From: an uncultured Alphaproteobacteria bacterium
GTDB taxonomy: Bacteria; Pseudomonadota; Alphaproteobacteria; RF32; CAG-239
DNA length: 64,000 nucleotides
Direction of reading: 5' to 3'
NCBI GenBank assembly: GCA_944391415.1
Contig: CALXTM010000005.1
Span: forward strand, 17,433 to 81,432
The notes below the pieces were generated by a model that was given only the letters and a program-made list of their open reading frames with translations, was not told the origin of the DNA and searched no databases. Position 1 is the first letter of the stretch; each line of letters starts with the position of its first letter. The translations under genes and the position numbers were made by a program. Positions 37,431-46,731 of the stretch are shown here, one piece after another.

Positions 37431-37904
37431 TTATTTTCTGCCGGGAAACAAATTTCTTTGCCGCAAAGCCTCGCCAACCACCATTGCTGCCGATATTGCC
37501 ATATTAATCGAGCGAGTATTCTCATCCATTGGTATCACCACTCTGGCATCAACCGTATGGTGCACTTCATCAGGCACCCCTGCCGACTCACGCCCCATTA
37601 GGATAACATCATTATCTTGAAACCCAAAATCGACATAAGGCTGACTTGCTTTGGTTGTCATTAATACAATACGTCCATATTCTTTTGGATTTTGCGCTCT
37701 ATACGCCAAAAAGTCGGCCCATGAATTGTGGCGACGATATTCTACCTTATCCAAATAATCCATCCCGGCGCGGCGCATTGCCTTTTCGTTAAATACAAAA
37801 CCGCAAGGCTCTATGATGTCTACCGGTAAATCCAAACAAGCCCCCAGCCTCAACAATGTACCGGTGTTTTGCGGAATATCGGGTTGAAACAAAGCCAAAC
37901 GCAT
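37431..37904 (-). CDS. trmL: tRNA (cytidine/uridine-2'-O)-methyltransferase TrmL (SpoU/TrmH family)
   Basis: MRLALFQPDIPQNTGTLLRLGA... and a C-terminal SINMAISAAMVVGEALRQ knot region. 157 aa. Confidence 0.88.
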   Translation of the reverse strand: MRLALFQPDIPQNTGTLLRLGACLDLPVDIIEPCGFVFNEKAMRRAGMDYLDKVEYRRHNSWADFLAYRAQNPKEYGRIVLMTTKASQPYVDFGFQDNDVILMGRESAGVPDEVHHTVDARVVIPMDENTRSINMAISAAMVVGEALRQRNLFPGRK

Positions 37905-37938
37905 TTTTATTTTCTCCCAAATTAAAGAGTGGACTCAC

Positions 37939-38172
37939 ACAAGTAGAAATCCGCTCAGTTTTTAACTATTCAATGTTTAGCGCGATTAATACGCCGTATG
38001 TTTACGACGACGTGTACAATTATCAAGGTACACAAGAAGTAAATATACAAGTAGAAATCCGCTAATTTTTTTAATCATTCAATGTTTAGCGCGATTAATA
38101 CGCCGTATGTTTGCAACGACGTGTACAATTATCAAGGTACACAAGGAGCAAATATACAAGTAGAAATCCGCT
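37939..38172. repeat. Tandem direct repeat, unit 108-109 bp, 2 full copies plus a 17-nt third start
   Basis: Units start with acaagtagaaatccgct at 37939, 38047 and 38156. The copies differ at only about a dozen positions, including one 1-nt indel. Confidence 0.92.
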
Positions 38173-39280
38173 AAACATTGAATAAGAAATTTAGCAAATC
38201 GCCATCCTGCACTACATAATCTTTACCCTCTGAGCGCATTTTGCCGGCTTCTTTGCAAGCCTGTTCACCGCCAAGTCTTACAAAATCATCATAAGATATG
38301 GTCTCGGCTCTGATAAAACCACGTTCAAAATCCGAGTGAATAATTCCGGCGCAAACCGGTGCCTTGGATCCTTTGACAAAAGTCCATGCTCTGACTTCTT
38401 TGGGTCCTGCGGTAAAGTAGGTCTGCAACCCCAAAAGATCGTATCCGGCTTTGATAATTTTGGAAAGCCCGGTTTCTTTCAAGCCCAGTGTTGCCAAGAA
38501 CTCTTGTTTTTCGGCCTCATCATCAAGCTGTGCCACTTCCGATTCGATTGCGGCCGAAATAATCACTGCCCGTGCATTTTCTGCTTTTGCTTTGGCAAAC
38601 ACTTTCTCCGAATAAGCATTACCATTGGCCGCCGATGCCTCGTCTACATTACACACATACAAAACCGGCTTCGATGTCAAAAGTTGCAACATTTTATAGG
38701 CTTTCACGGCATCTTTGTTGCTTTCATCTGGCTTGGCCACTCTGGCGGGCTTTCCGACTTTCAAAGCCTCAATCACAGGCGTCATCACGCTTACGTTTAA
38801 AATTGCTTCTTTGTCACCGCCTTTGGCTTTTTTCTGGGCTTGATCAAACCTTTTTTCCAGCGATTCCAAATCGGCAATCATTAGCTCGGTTTCGACAATT
38901 TCGGCATCGCGTATCGGATCAACCGAGCCCTCCACATGGGTAATATTATCATCATCAAAACAACGCAACACATGGATAATGGCATCGACCTCGCGGATAT
39001 TGGCCAAGAATTGGTTGCCCAAGCCCTCGCCCTTGGACGCACCTTTGACCAAACCTGCAATATCCACAAACTCTAATTGTGTCGGCACAATTTGTTTGGG
39101 CTTAACAATATCGGCCAATTTTTGCAATCTTTCATCAGGCACTGCTACTCTGCCGGTATTGGGCTCAATCGTACAAAACGGAAAATTAGCTGCCTGCGCC
39201 GCAATAGTTTGGGTCAAGGCGTTAAACAAAGTAGACTTTCCCACATTTGGCAATCCGACGATACCGCAATTAAATCCCAT
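38171..39280 (-). CDS. ychF: Redox-regulated ATPase YchF
   Basis: [18 protein letters not shown] and a C-terminal TGS-like [11 protein letters not shown]. 369 aa. Confidence 0.95.
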   Translation of the reverse strand: MGFNCGIVGLPNVGKSTLFNALTQTIAAQAANFPFCTIEPNTGRVAVPDERLQKLADIVKPKQIVPTQLEFVDIAGLVKGASKGEGLGNQFLANIREVDAIIHVLRCFDDDNITHVEGSVDPIRDAEIVETELMIADLESLEKRFDQAQKKAKGGDKEAILNVSVMTPVIEALKVGKPARVAKPDESNKDAVKAYKMLQLLTSKPVLYVCNVDEASAANGNAYSEKVFAKAKAENARAVIISAAIESEVAQLDDEAEKQEFLATLGLKETGLSKIIKAGYDLLGLQTYFTAGPKEVRAWTFVKGSKAPVCAGIIHSDFERGFIRAETISYDDFVRLGGEQACKEAGKMRSEGKDYVVQDGDLLNFLFNV

Positions 39281-39361
39281 CTCAAAACTCTCCCAAAAAA
39301 TTCAAAATTAGCCTTGTTATAGCTTATAATTTTTGCAATTTCAACCGCAAAAGCACCTTGA

Positions 39362-39934
39362 TTAATTCTTCAACTTCATTCCCAAACAAGACGAATATTC
39401 GGCTATTCCTTTGTCCAGCAGCACCTCTATTGTATCCAAAACGATTTCAATATCTTTGTCCAAAATTTCTTTCTCTGCTTTGCCAAATCCAGACAACACA
39501 TGGTTAACCACCTCTTCGCCTCTGCCCTCGGGGTGTCCGACCCCTATTCTGATGCGGTTGTAGTTTGGCGTAATTGCCGCATCAATAGATTTTAGGCCGT
39601 TGTGTCCACCTGCACCACCGCCAAGTTTGGCTTTTATCTTGCCAAGCGGCAAATCCATATCATCGTGTATCACGATGATATTTTGTGGCAAAATTTTATA
39701 AAAATTGGCTGCCTTAGCCACCGCATTACCTGAAAGGTTCATATAGGTCTGAGGTTTTAAGATATAAACTTTTTCGGTCCCTATCTTACCCTCGGCAATC
39801 AACCCTTCAAATTTTTCCCTAAAAACGCCAAAGCCAAACTTTTGCGCCAAAGCATCCACCACCATAAAACCTGCATTATGGCGTGTATTTTCATATTCTT
39901 TCCCGGGGTTGCCAAGACCAACAATCAAAAACAT
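39362..39934 (-). CDS. pth: Peptidyl-tRNA hydrolase
   Basis: LIVGLGNPGKEYENTRHNAGF and HDDMDLPLG. Confidence 0.95.
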   Translation of the reverse strand: MFLIVGLGNPGKEYENTRHNAGFMVVDALAQKFGFGVFREKFEGLIAEGKIGTEKVYILKPQTYMNLSGNAVAKAANFYKILPQNIIVIHDDMDLPLGKIKAKLGGGAGGHNGLKSIDAAITPNYNRIRIGVGHPEGRGEEVVNHVLSGFGKAEKEILDKDIEIVLDTIEVLLDKGIAEYSSCLGMKLKN

Positions 39935-40032
39935 CTTTATTTCTCTTTTTATAAATCAAGCGGCACTAAGAATATTTATCCCCGTGCCGCCATATCGCCA
40001 ATTTTGTATTAGTTGCCCATTAGACGAATTTT

Positions 40033-40317
40033 TTACTTTCTGACAAAGTCAACATGAATAGGCTTATCCGATACCGGATGGAACTGAACATCTTTGCAAA
40101 TTACGGCAATTTTTTTACCATCCAGCACAACCTCGACATCAGATTCATAAAAACCTCTGGTATCAAGAGCTTTTTTCAACTCAACCGGATGCAAAGAAAT
40201 CATAACCGGCTCTTGTTTTCCGCCATAAATAACGGCAGGAACACGGCCCTCACGACGACATGCCCGAGCTGCCCCCTTACCTGCTTTTTCTCTTTTTTCA
40301 GCATTAAATGTAAACAT
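40033..40317 (-). CDS. rplY: 50S ribosomal protein L25, short form (N-terminal domain only)
   Basis: REKAGKGAARACRREGRVPAVIYGG...VQFHPVSDKPIHVDF. 94 aa. It lies upstream of pth-ychF, as in the conserved ctc-pth-ychF arrangement. Confidence 0.85.
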   Translation of the reverse strand: MFTFNAEKREKAGKGAARACRREGRVPAVIYGGKQEPVMISLHPVELKKALDTRGFYESDVEVVLDGKKIAVICKDVQFHPVSDKPIHVDFVRK

Positions 40318-40391
40318 TTTTCAAATCCTCTAATAAAATTTAGCTATTCCAAGGCAAGGCCTCCAGGGGTGCTCCTGCCTTGTGTCACAAG

Positions 40392-40419
40392 TTTATACAA
40401 CAAAAATTTTATTTTTCAA
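40392..40419 (-). promoter_or_regulatory. Candidate promoter of rplY
   Basis: Minus strand TTGAAA (40419-40414), a 16-nt spacer, then TATAAA (40397-40392). A 5' stem-loop at 40350-40382 follows. Confidence 0.45.
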
Positions 40420-40427
40420 GGATTATT

Positions 40428-40470
40428 TAAAAAAACCAAAGCGATACAGTCTTAAACTGTATCGCTCTTG
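40428..40470 (-). terminator. Terminator of the two-gene membrane-protein operon
   Basis: Stem ccaagagcgatacagt / actgtatcgctttgg with one bulge encloses the stop codon and is followed by T7 on the minus strand. Confidence 0.65.
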
Positions 40471-40949
40471 GCTGTGCAAAGTAATAACGACGGAACTTCA
40501 CGTGAATCGTATTGGATAAATAAATCCACATCATACTTTTTTTCCGGCTCAAGATGGGTTTCATTTCCGACATATGCCGCATCAAAGCGCATATCATCAT
40601 CGTCACCAAATGTTACCCAGCCGATAAACACTCCGTCAATAATGCTCTCAATGGTAAACTTAGCCTCATGGCAATGCTCTCGAATATAATCGACAAACAT
40701 TTTCCTCATGCTTATAAAGCACTCTTGCTGTATACCGACGCATATCACAAACAGTATTCCCCACAGCAAAGCCTCCTTAAAAGTCTCGCAGAAAAAAATT
40801 GCCATTACGATCAAGGCCACCAGCAAAACTAAATCTGCCTTTTTGCATATACCGGAATAAAAATCAATCAACATTAACGAACTAACGTTAATGGTCATAA
40901 GCATTGCAATCACCGTCACAAGGCCCATGGTTCCAAGTACATAAATCAT
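40452..40949 (-). CDS. Hypothetical membrane protein (3 TM plus an acidic C-terminal domain)
   Basis: 165 aa with three hydrophobic helices in the first 80 residues. No family recognised. Confidence 0.5.
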   Translation of the reverse strand: MIYVLGTMGLVTVIAMLMTINVSSLMLIDFYSGICKKADLVLLVALIVMAIFFCETFKEALLWGILFVICVGIQQECFISMRKMFVDYIREHCHEAKFTIESIIDGVFIGWVTFGDDDDMRFDAAYVGNETHLEPEKKYDVDLFIQYDSREVPSLLLCTAKSDTV

Positions 40950-41209
40950 AATTTATCAGTTACTGGTTCAAGTTTCCATAATTGGTGAGTGGCATCAAAG
41001 CCAACTACATTGAAGTAGATGCCTATCACCATTCCCTCTTTCAGATAAATAACTCCGTTATCATAGAATTCTCCATCCCAAATAAACGAGCAATAAGCAA
41101 CATCTTGTTCAAATATAATGCATTTGACCTCGACTACGCGGTGAAACATCCCGGAATATCTTCGCCATAAAAATACCCCGATTACAACCAGAATAACAAG
41201 GATCTCCAT
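40946..41209 (-). CDS. Hypothetical small membrane protein (1 TM)
   Basis: 87 aa with the N-terminal helix MEILVILVVIGVFLW. An ATGA stop/start overlap links it to the downstream ORF. Confidence 0.45.
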   Translation of the reverse strand: MEILVILVVIGVFLWRRYSGMFHRVVEVKCIIFEQDVAYCSFIWDGEFYDNGVIYLKEGMVIGIYFNVVGFDATHQLWKLEPVTDKL

Positions 41210-41276
41210 AAATAATTATATTAAAAATTAAACTTATATTTTATAATTAGACAAAAATTTGCCTAAAGTCAAACAA

Positions 41277-41315
41277 AAATAAAAGCCGAAGATAATTTTA
41301 TCTTCGGCTTTTTGT
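41277..41315 (-). terminator. infB terminator
   Basis: aagccgaagat (41283-41293) pairs with atcttcggctt (41300-41310), with T-runs. Confidence 0.8.
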
Positions 41316-41330
41316 TAACCCTGCAATACA

Positions 41331-43814
41331 CTAAAGTTTTGCAGCTATTTCTTCAATTTCATAGCACTCGATTACATCGCCTTTCTGGATATCATTATAA
41401 TTTTCAAACGATATACCGCACTCAAAACCTTCTTTAACTTCTTTAACATCATCCTTAAAGCGTTTGAGTTGTCCGATTGCGCCGTCATGAATAACGACAT
41501 TGTCGCGCAACAGTCTTATTTTAGCACCACGTTTAACCAAACCTTCGGTAACCATACATCCGCCAACCTTACCGACACCGGTAATATTATAGATTTCACG
41601 AATTTCGGCATAGCCCAAAAGTTTTTCCCTGATTTCAGGCGAGAGCATACCCTCCAAACCTTTTTTGATATCATCCAATACATCGTAAATGATTGAATAA
41701 TATTTGATCTCGACCCCGTCACGACGAGCCATATCTCTGGCCTGGGTATTAGCTCTGACATTAAATCCGATAATCAAAGCATGCGATGCTTTGGCCAAAG
41801 TAACATCCGATTCGGATATTGCCCCGACAGCCGAATGCAAAATTTGCACACTTACCTCATCGTTAGATAACTTCGAAACAGCTCCCTCAATAGCCTCAAT
41901 AGAGCCCTGAACATCAGCTTTAATAATGATTGGTAAATGTTTAACTTCGCCTGACTTGATTTTATCCAGCATCAATTCCATTGCCGACTTAGCTGATTTG
42001 ACCAACTTTGCCTCGCGCTCTTTACGAATACGATAGCTGGTAATCTCTTTTGCCTTACTTTCATCAGCCACCACCACAAAATCATCACCGGCCGACGGCG
42101 TCCCCTGCAAACCCAAAACCTCAACCGGAGTCGCCGGGCCAGCCTCTTGCAGCTTTTGTCCGTTTTCGTTAAACATGGCGCGTACATGGCCCCATTCTTT
42201 GCCGGCAATACAAATATCGCCGACTTTCAATGTACCTTTTTGAACCAATGCCGTGACCACTGTTCCGCGGCCTTTTTCCATCTTGGCTTCAATGATTGCG
42301 CCTTCGGCATTACGATTGGGATTTGCTTTCAGATCAAGCATTTCAGCCTGCAACAAAATAGCATCAACCAATTTATCAATATTGATGCGTTTTTTGGCCG
42401 AAACTTCAGCGCACAAACATTCGCCGCCCATTTCTTCAACGCCGATTCCATGCTGCAACAAAGCCGTTTTCACCTTCATTGGGTCAGCCCCCGGTAAATC
42501 AATTTTATTAATCGCTACAACAATCGGCACTTCGGCTGCCTGAGCATGACGTATTGCCTCGATTGTTTGAGGCATAATTCCGTCATTTGCTGCCACCACC
42601 AATACCACGATATCGGTAACCTTAGCACCTCTGGCGCGCATTTCCGAAAAAGCCTCATGTCCCGGGGTATCAATAAACGTAATTTTTTGCCCTGACTTAA
42701 CCGTAATTTGGTATGCACCGATATGTTGAGTAATACCTCCGGCCTCACGAGCAGCCACATTTGTCTCACGCAAAGCATCCAACAAAGATGTCTTACCATG
42801 GTCAACATGGCCCATAACTGTAACTACCGGAGCTCTGGGCAACAGTTGCTCTGGTTTATCTTCTTCCACCAAACCCTGTTCGACGTCGCTTTCCGACACG
42901 CGCTTAAATTTATGGCCAAACTCTTCCACAACAATCTGTGCCGTATCAGCATCAATCGGTTGGTTAATTGTTGCCATAACCCCTAAAGACATCAACTTTT
43001 TAATTACCTCGGCAGACTTTTCGGCCATACGGTTAGCCAGCTCTTGCACGGTAATAATTTCAGGGATTACAACTTCTTTAATAACTTTTTCGGTCGGAGC
43101 CGGCTGTACTGCGGCCGGTTTAGGCTGTTTTTTCTTAAACCTCCGCCGCGGCGCACCAAACCCATAATCGTCATCATCGTCATCATCCGTGCCTATATTA
43201 TGAATATTAACCTTGCTTTGGCGACGTTGTGGCTCAAACGAGCGTTTGGTAATTTGTTTTTTACGCTCTTGTTCAAACACCTCTTCTTTTGACACGGCTT
43301 TTTTAGATGAATGTCTTTCATACTCCTCATCATCGTCGTCATCATCAAAATCACGTTTTTGGCGCTCTTTAAATTTATTAAGAACGCGATTTTCCGGATC
43401 TTTTTGCGGAGCAACCGGTGCTTCTTTTGGCAAAGCCTCTTCTTTTTTCTTATTTGCTTCTTCAGCCAAGCGCTTTTGTTCTTCGGCCTCTTTTTGCCGA
43501 CGCAGCTCTTCTTCCTCTTTTTGTTTTTGACGTTGTTGATTACGCTCTTCTTCCTCTTGGCGGCGTTTACTGTCAAACTCTTTTGCCTCGGCAATAAGCT
43601 TTAATTTAGCAGCAGTTTCCTCATCAATCTGAGGTTTTTTAGCCTGATCATTTTGCGGTTGATTAATAACTCTTTTTTTACGAACCTCAACTTGTACCAT
43701 TTTTTTGCCGTCAGGATTCTGCGGCTTGGTATTATTGCCCAGCTTAAGCGTCAGGGTAGATTTTCCCGATAATGTTAATTTTTTATTGGCATTATCTTCT
43801 GTCATATACTTCAT
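41331..43814 (-). CDS. infB: Translation initiation factor IF-2
   Basis: 827 aa with a highly charged N-terminal region, G-domain motifs [12 protein letters not shown] / DTPGHEAF / NKID, and C-terminal IF-2 domains. Confidence 0.97.
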   Translation of the reverse strand: MKYMTEDNANKKLTLSGKSTLTLKLGNNTKPQNPDGKKMVQVEVRKKRVINQPQNDQAKKPQIDEETAAKLKLIAEAKEFDSKRRQEEEERNQQRQKQKEEEELRRQKEAEEQKRLAEEANKKKEEALPKEAPVAPQKDPENRVLNKFKERQKRDFDDDDDDEEYERHSSKKAVSKEEVFEQERKKQITKRSFEPQRRQSKVNIHNIGTDDDDDDDYGFGAPRRRFKKKQPKPAAVQPAPTEKVIKEVVIPEIITVQELANRMAEKSAEVIKKLMSLGVMATINQPIDADTAQIVVEEFGHKFKRVSESDVEQGLVEEDKPEQLLPRAPVVTVMGHVDHGKTSLLDALRETNVAAREAGGITQHIGAYQITVKSGQKITFIDTPGHEAFSEMRARGAKVTDIVVLVVAANDGIMPQTIEAIRHAQAAEVPIVVAINKIDLPGADPMKVKTALLQHGIGVEEMGGECLCAEVSAKKRINIDKLVDAILLQAEMLDLKANPNRNAEGAIIEAKMEKGRGTVVTALVQKGTLKVGDICIAGKEWGHVRAMFNENGQKLQEAGPATPVEVLGLQGTPSAGDDFVVVADESKAKEITSYRIRKEREAKLVKSAKSAMELMLDKIKSGEVKHLPIIIKADVQGSIEAIEGAVSKLSNDEVSVQILHSAVGAISESDVTLAKASHALIIGFNVRANTQARDMARRDGVEIKYYSIIYDVLDDIKKGLEGMLSPEIREKLLGYAEIREIYNITGVGKVGGCMVTEGLVKRGAKIRLLRDNVVIHDGAIGQLKRFKDDVKEVKEGFECGISFENYNDIQKGDVIECYEIEEIAAKL

Positions 43815-43833
43815 TCTCCATATCAGTCAAAAC

Positions 43834-44403
43834 TCAATTTGTTAAGAAATCGGACAGTCTGACCAAAGCATTTCTGACTGTCGTTGCCATCTTGCCTTTA
43901 ACTAAGGCCAAATATACTGTGTTATCTTTTGCTAATTCTTTGTCCAACTCCTCAACCGTAAACAACTTAAAAATTTCCAAATCTTTGGCATAGCTTTCCA
44001 GTTTTTTGCGGCCATCTTCTCCTGCATCCGAGGCCTCAAGCAAAAAAGCCACCCTATTCTTTTTCAATGCATCAACGACCTTATCCATTCCCCAGACCAA
44101 ATCACCGGCTTTGCGCGCCAACGACACCAAATCAAGCGCCCGTCTCATCAACAGGGTTTCAACCTTTGCTGGCAAATCCTTGTCGACTTTGGCTTTCATC
44201 TTCAAGGCTTTAGCAAACAAATTTGCCTCAACTGCCTTGGTTAAAGAGCTTTTGGCATCAACAACATACACGCCCTTACCCGGCAATTTTTTTCTAAAGT
44301 CAGGAACGACCATACCGTCTGCCATCACGGTAAAACGCAACATCTGCCCTTTTTCCAGCACCTTTCCCGTTACAATACATTTTCTGGTCGTCTCTTTTTG
44401 CAT
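43834..44403 (-). CDS. YlxR (DUF448)-like RNA-binding protein with an L7Ae-like C-terminal domain
   Basis: N-terminal RKCIVTGKVLEKGQMLRF. It lies between nusA and infB. Confidence 0.7.
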   Translation of the reverse strand: MQKETTRKCIVTGKVLEKGQMLRFTVMADGMVVPDFRKKLPGKGVYVVDAKSSLTKAVEANLFAKALKMKAKVDKDLPAKVETLLMRRALDLVSLARKAGDLVWGMDKVVDALKKNRVAFLLEASDAGEDGRKKLESYAKDLEIFKLFTVEELDKELAKDNTVYLALVKGKMATTVRNALVRLSDFLTN

Positions 44404-44448
44404 TTTCCAATTCCTTTGGGCGGTCCTTACAGACCGCCCGTTTTTTAT

Positions 44449-45975
44449 TTAGTCTTGTTTTTCATCCTCAAACCAATGAGCTCTGGCTGCCATGATAACC
44501 TTTTCGGCCTCTTTGGTCGACAAAGTATCGGCACCCAAAATATCAATCAACTCATCGGTTGACAAATCGGCCAAATCATCAATCGTGCGAATATTGTTGT
44601 TTGCCAAAACCAACAGCATATCCTTGTCCAGTCCTTCAATGGCCTGAAGTTTTTCATCAATACCCATTGATTTGCTCTTTTCGGCAAACTCTTTATTCCG
44701 TTTCTCAACATACTCTTTGGCTCTTTTCTGCAGTTCTTGAGCAACCTCTTCATCAAAGCCCTCAATCTCGGCCAGTTCTTTAACACTAACCATTGCAATT
44801 TCATCAACATTTGAAAAACCTTCGGCAATAAGCAGATGAGCTATCATCTCATCGACATCCAAAGCTTCCATAAATCTTTGTGAGCGAACTTTGTTTTCAT
44901 TAGAGCGGCGTTCTTGCTCTTGTTCTTCTGTCAAAACATCAATATCGCATCCCAACAATTGTGATGCCAACTTAACATTTTGCCCCCTACGGCCGATAGC
45001 AATTGAAAACTGCTCTTGCGGAACCACTGCCTCGATTCGGTTGTTTTCCTCATCTATTACGACCTTAGACACTTCAGCCGGAGCCAAAGCGCTGACAATA
45101 TATTGCGCCCTGTCATCAGAATAAGGAACAATATCGATTTTTTCGCCCTGCAGTTCGTTAACCACCGCCTGCACACGAATACCTCTTAATCCGACGCAAG
45201 CCCCTACGGCATCAACCGTAACATCATCTGTCTTAACGGCAATCTTTGCCTTTGAACCTGGATCTCTGGCCACTGCCACAATTTGTACGATTCCGTCATA
45301 AATTTCCGGAACTTCCGAGGTAAACAGTTTGGCCATAAATTCGGGGCATGTTCTTGATAAGAAGATTTGCGGACCTTTATTCTCGCGCCTTACATCCAAA
45401 ACATAGGCTCTGATTCTGTCACCAACCTTAAATTTCTCTCTGGGGATTGTTTCATCACGGCGCAAAATTGCCTCGGTCTTGCCGATATCCAACGTTACAT
45501 TGCCAAATTCAACTCTTTTGACCGTTCCGTTAACAATCGTGCCGATTTTTTCTTTGTATTCTTCAAATTGCTTATTACGCTCTGCCTCTCTGACTTTTTG
45601 CACAATAACCTGTTTGGCTGTTTGCGCCGCAATACGTCCAAAATCAATCGGCGGCAGTTGATCAATAATAAATTCGCCAACTTTAATTTTTGGATCATAT
45701 GCCTGAGCCTCGTCAAGCGTCAGTTGTGTTGTTTCATTTTCGATGCTGTTTTCATCGGCCACAACCTCGCGATATCTGGCCAAAGATATTGCCCCTGTCT
45801 TGCGGTCGATATGGGCTCTGATATCGTGCTCCATTCCGTATTTTGAACGTGCCGATTTTTGAATTGCAACTTCCATTGCCTCAAAAACATCTTCTTTATC
45901 AATATTTTTTTCTCTGGCAACCGTATCGGCAACCAAAATAATTTCGGGTCTTGGCATATTTTCTTGTGTCTGCAT
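44449..45975 (-). CDS. nusA: Transcription termination/antitermination factor NusA
   Basis: 508 aa with an N-terminal domain, S1, two KH domains (RIEAVVPQEQFSIAIGRRGQNVKLASQL) and C-terminal HhH repeats. Confidence 0.95.
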   Translation of the reverse strand: MQTQENMPRPEIILVADTVAREKNIDKEDVFEAMEVAIQKSARSKYGMEHDIRAHIDRKTGAISLARYREVVADENSIENETTQLTLDEAQAYDPKIKVGEFIIDQLPPIDFGRIAAQTAKQVIVQKVREAERNKQFEEYKEKIGTIVNGTVKRVEFGNVTLDIGKTEAILRRDETIPREKFKVGDRIRAYVLDVRRENKGPQIFLSRTCPEFMAKLFTSEVPEIYDGIVQIVAVARDPGSKAKIAVKTDDVTVDAVGACVGLRGIRVQAVVNELQGEKIDIVPYSDDRAQYIVSALAPAEVSKVVIDEENNRIEAVVPQEQFSIAIGRRGQNVKLASQLLGCDIDVLTEEQEQERRSNENKVRSQRFMEALDVDEMIAHLLIAEGFSNVDEIAMVSVKELAEIEGFDEEVAQELQKRAKEYVEKRNKEFAEKSKSMGIDEKLQAIEGLDKDMLLVLANNNIRTIDDLADLSTDELIDILGADTLSTKEAEKVIMAARAHWFEDEKQD

Positions 45976-46017
45976 TTTATCCTCTAAAACAAATCTAAAG
46001 TTAGTACAAAATCTTGT

Positions 46018-46515
46018 TTATTCTTCAACTTCGGCCATAGTTTCGGCCAAAAGCTCATCTGTTAAAACCAATTTGGCTTTATTAATCACTTCAAACGGAA
46101 TTTTATATACGATTCCGTCATCCATTACAAATTCGACAATATTATTTTTATCAACATCCGCAATTTTTCCTCTAAACCGTTTTCTTCCGTCAACAGCCTC
46201 TCCGGTTTCAATTTTTGCCTCATATCCGGCAAATCTTCTAAAGTGCTCTGGTTTGGTAAGCGGACGATCCAGCCCTGGCGAGCTAACCTCTAAAGAATAT
46301 TCACCATCAATCGGATCTTTTTCGTCCAGCACTTTTGATACTGCACGGCTTACTGCGGCACAATCGTCAACCACCAGGTTTTGCCTGTCCTTGCGTTCAA
46401 TCATAATCTGCAAGGTCGGGTTCTTCACCCCGATAGTCAAAATTCTCACCACCTCAAACCCCATCTTTTCAATCATTGGAGCAAGCATATCATACAGCGG
46501 ATGTTTTTGTTGCAT
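46018..46515 (-). CDS. rimP: Ribosome maturation factor RimP
   Basis: The ATG at 46515 is preceded by aggaga. LEVSSPGLDRPL motif. The TTG-extended ORF (to 46536) would overlap the leader hairpin. Confidence 0.88.
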   Translation of the reverse strand: MQQKHPLYDMLAPMIEKMGFEVVRILTIGVKNPTLQIMIERKDRQNLVVDDCAAVSRAVSKVLDEKDPIDGEYSLEVSSPGLDRPLTKPEHFRRFAGYEAKIETGEAVDGRKRFRGKIADVDKNNIVEFVMDDGIVYKIPFEVINKAKLVLTDELLAETMAEVEE

Positions 46516-46530
46516 ATTACCGATTCTCCT

Positions 46531-46561
46531 AAACAAAAAGCGGAGCTTTAGGGCTCCACTT
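46531..46561 (-). terminator. Terminator-like hairpin in the rimP-nusA-infB leader (candidate attenuator)
   Basis: The minus-strand RNA reads A-GUGGAGC-CCUAAA-GCUCCGC-UUUUUGUUU and ends about 16 nt before the rimP ATG. Confidence 0.5.
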
Positions 46562-46590
46562 TCATCATATTCACATCTAATATGGCATCA

Positions 46591-46599
46591 TATATACCA
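46591..46599 (-). promoter_or_regulatory. Candidate extended -10 promoter of the rimP operon
   Basis: The minus strand reads TGGTATATA (TGn plus TATATA). There is no good -35. Confidence 0.3.
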
Positions 46600-46731
46600 T
46601 AAAAAATTTAAAAATCTACTATTTTTTTATTTTCTTTATATTTTAATTCAATTTAAGGACAATTAATCAGCTTTTGTTGTCCAATCGGCGCAAAGCGTCT
46701 TGATCCTGTTCTAGTTCCACTTATATGCTTT

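Noticed and set aside
37939-38172. CRISPR array, or coding repeats (ORF 37856..38065).
   Set aside because: The whole 108-109 bp unit is repeated with no unique spacers, and no cas genes are nearby. The 69-aa ORF exists only because the repeat happens to lack stops in one frame, and it has no RBS.
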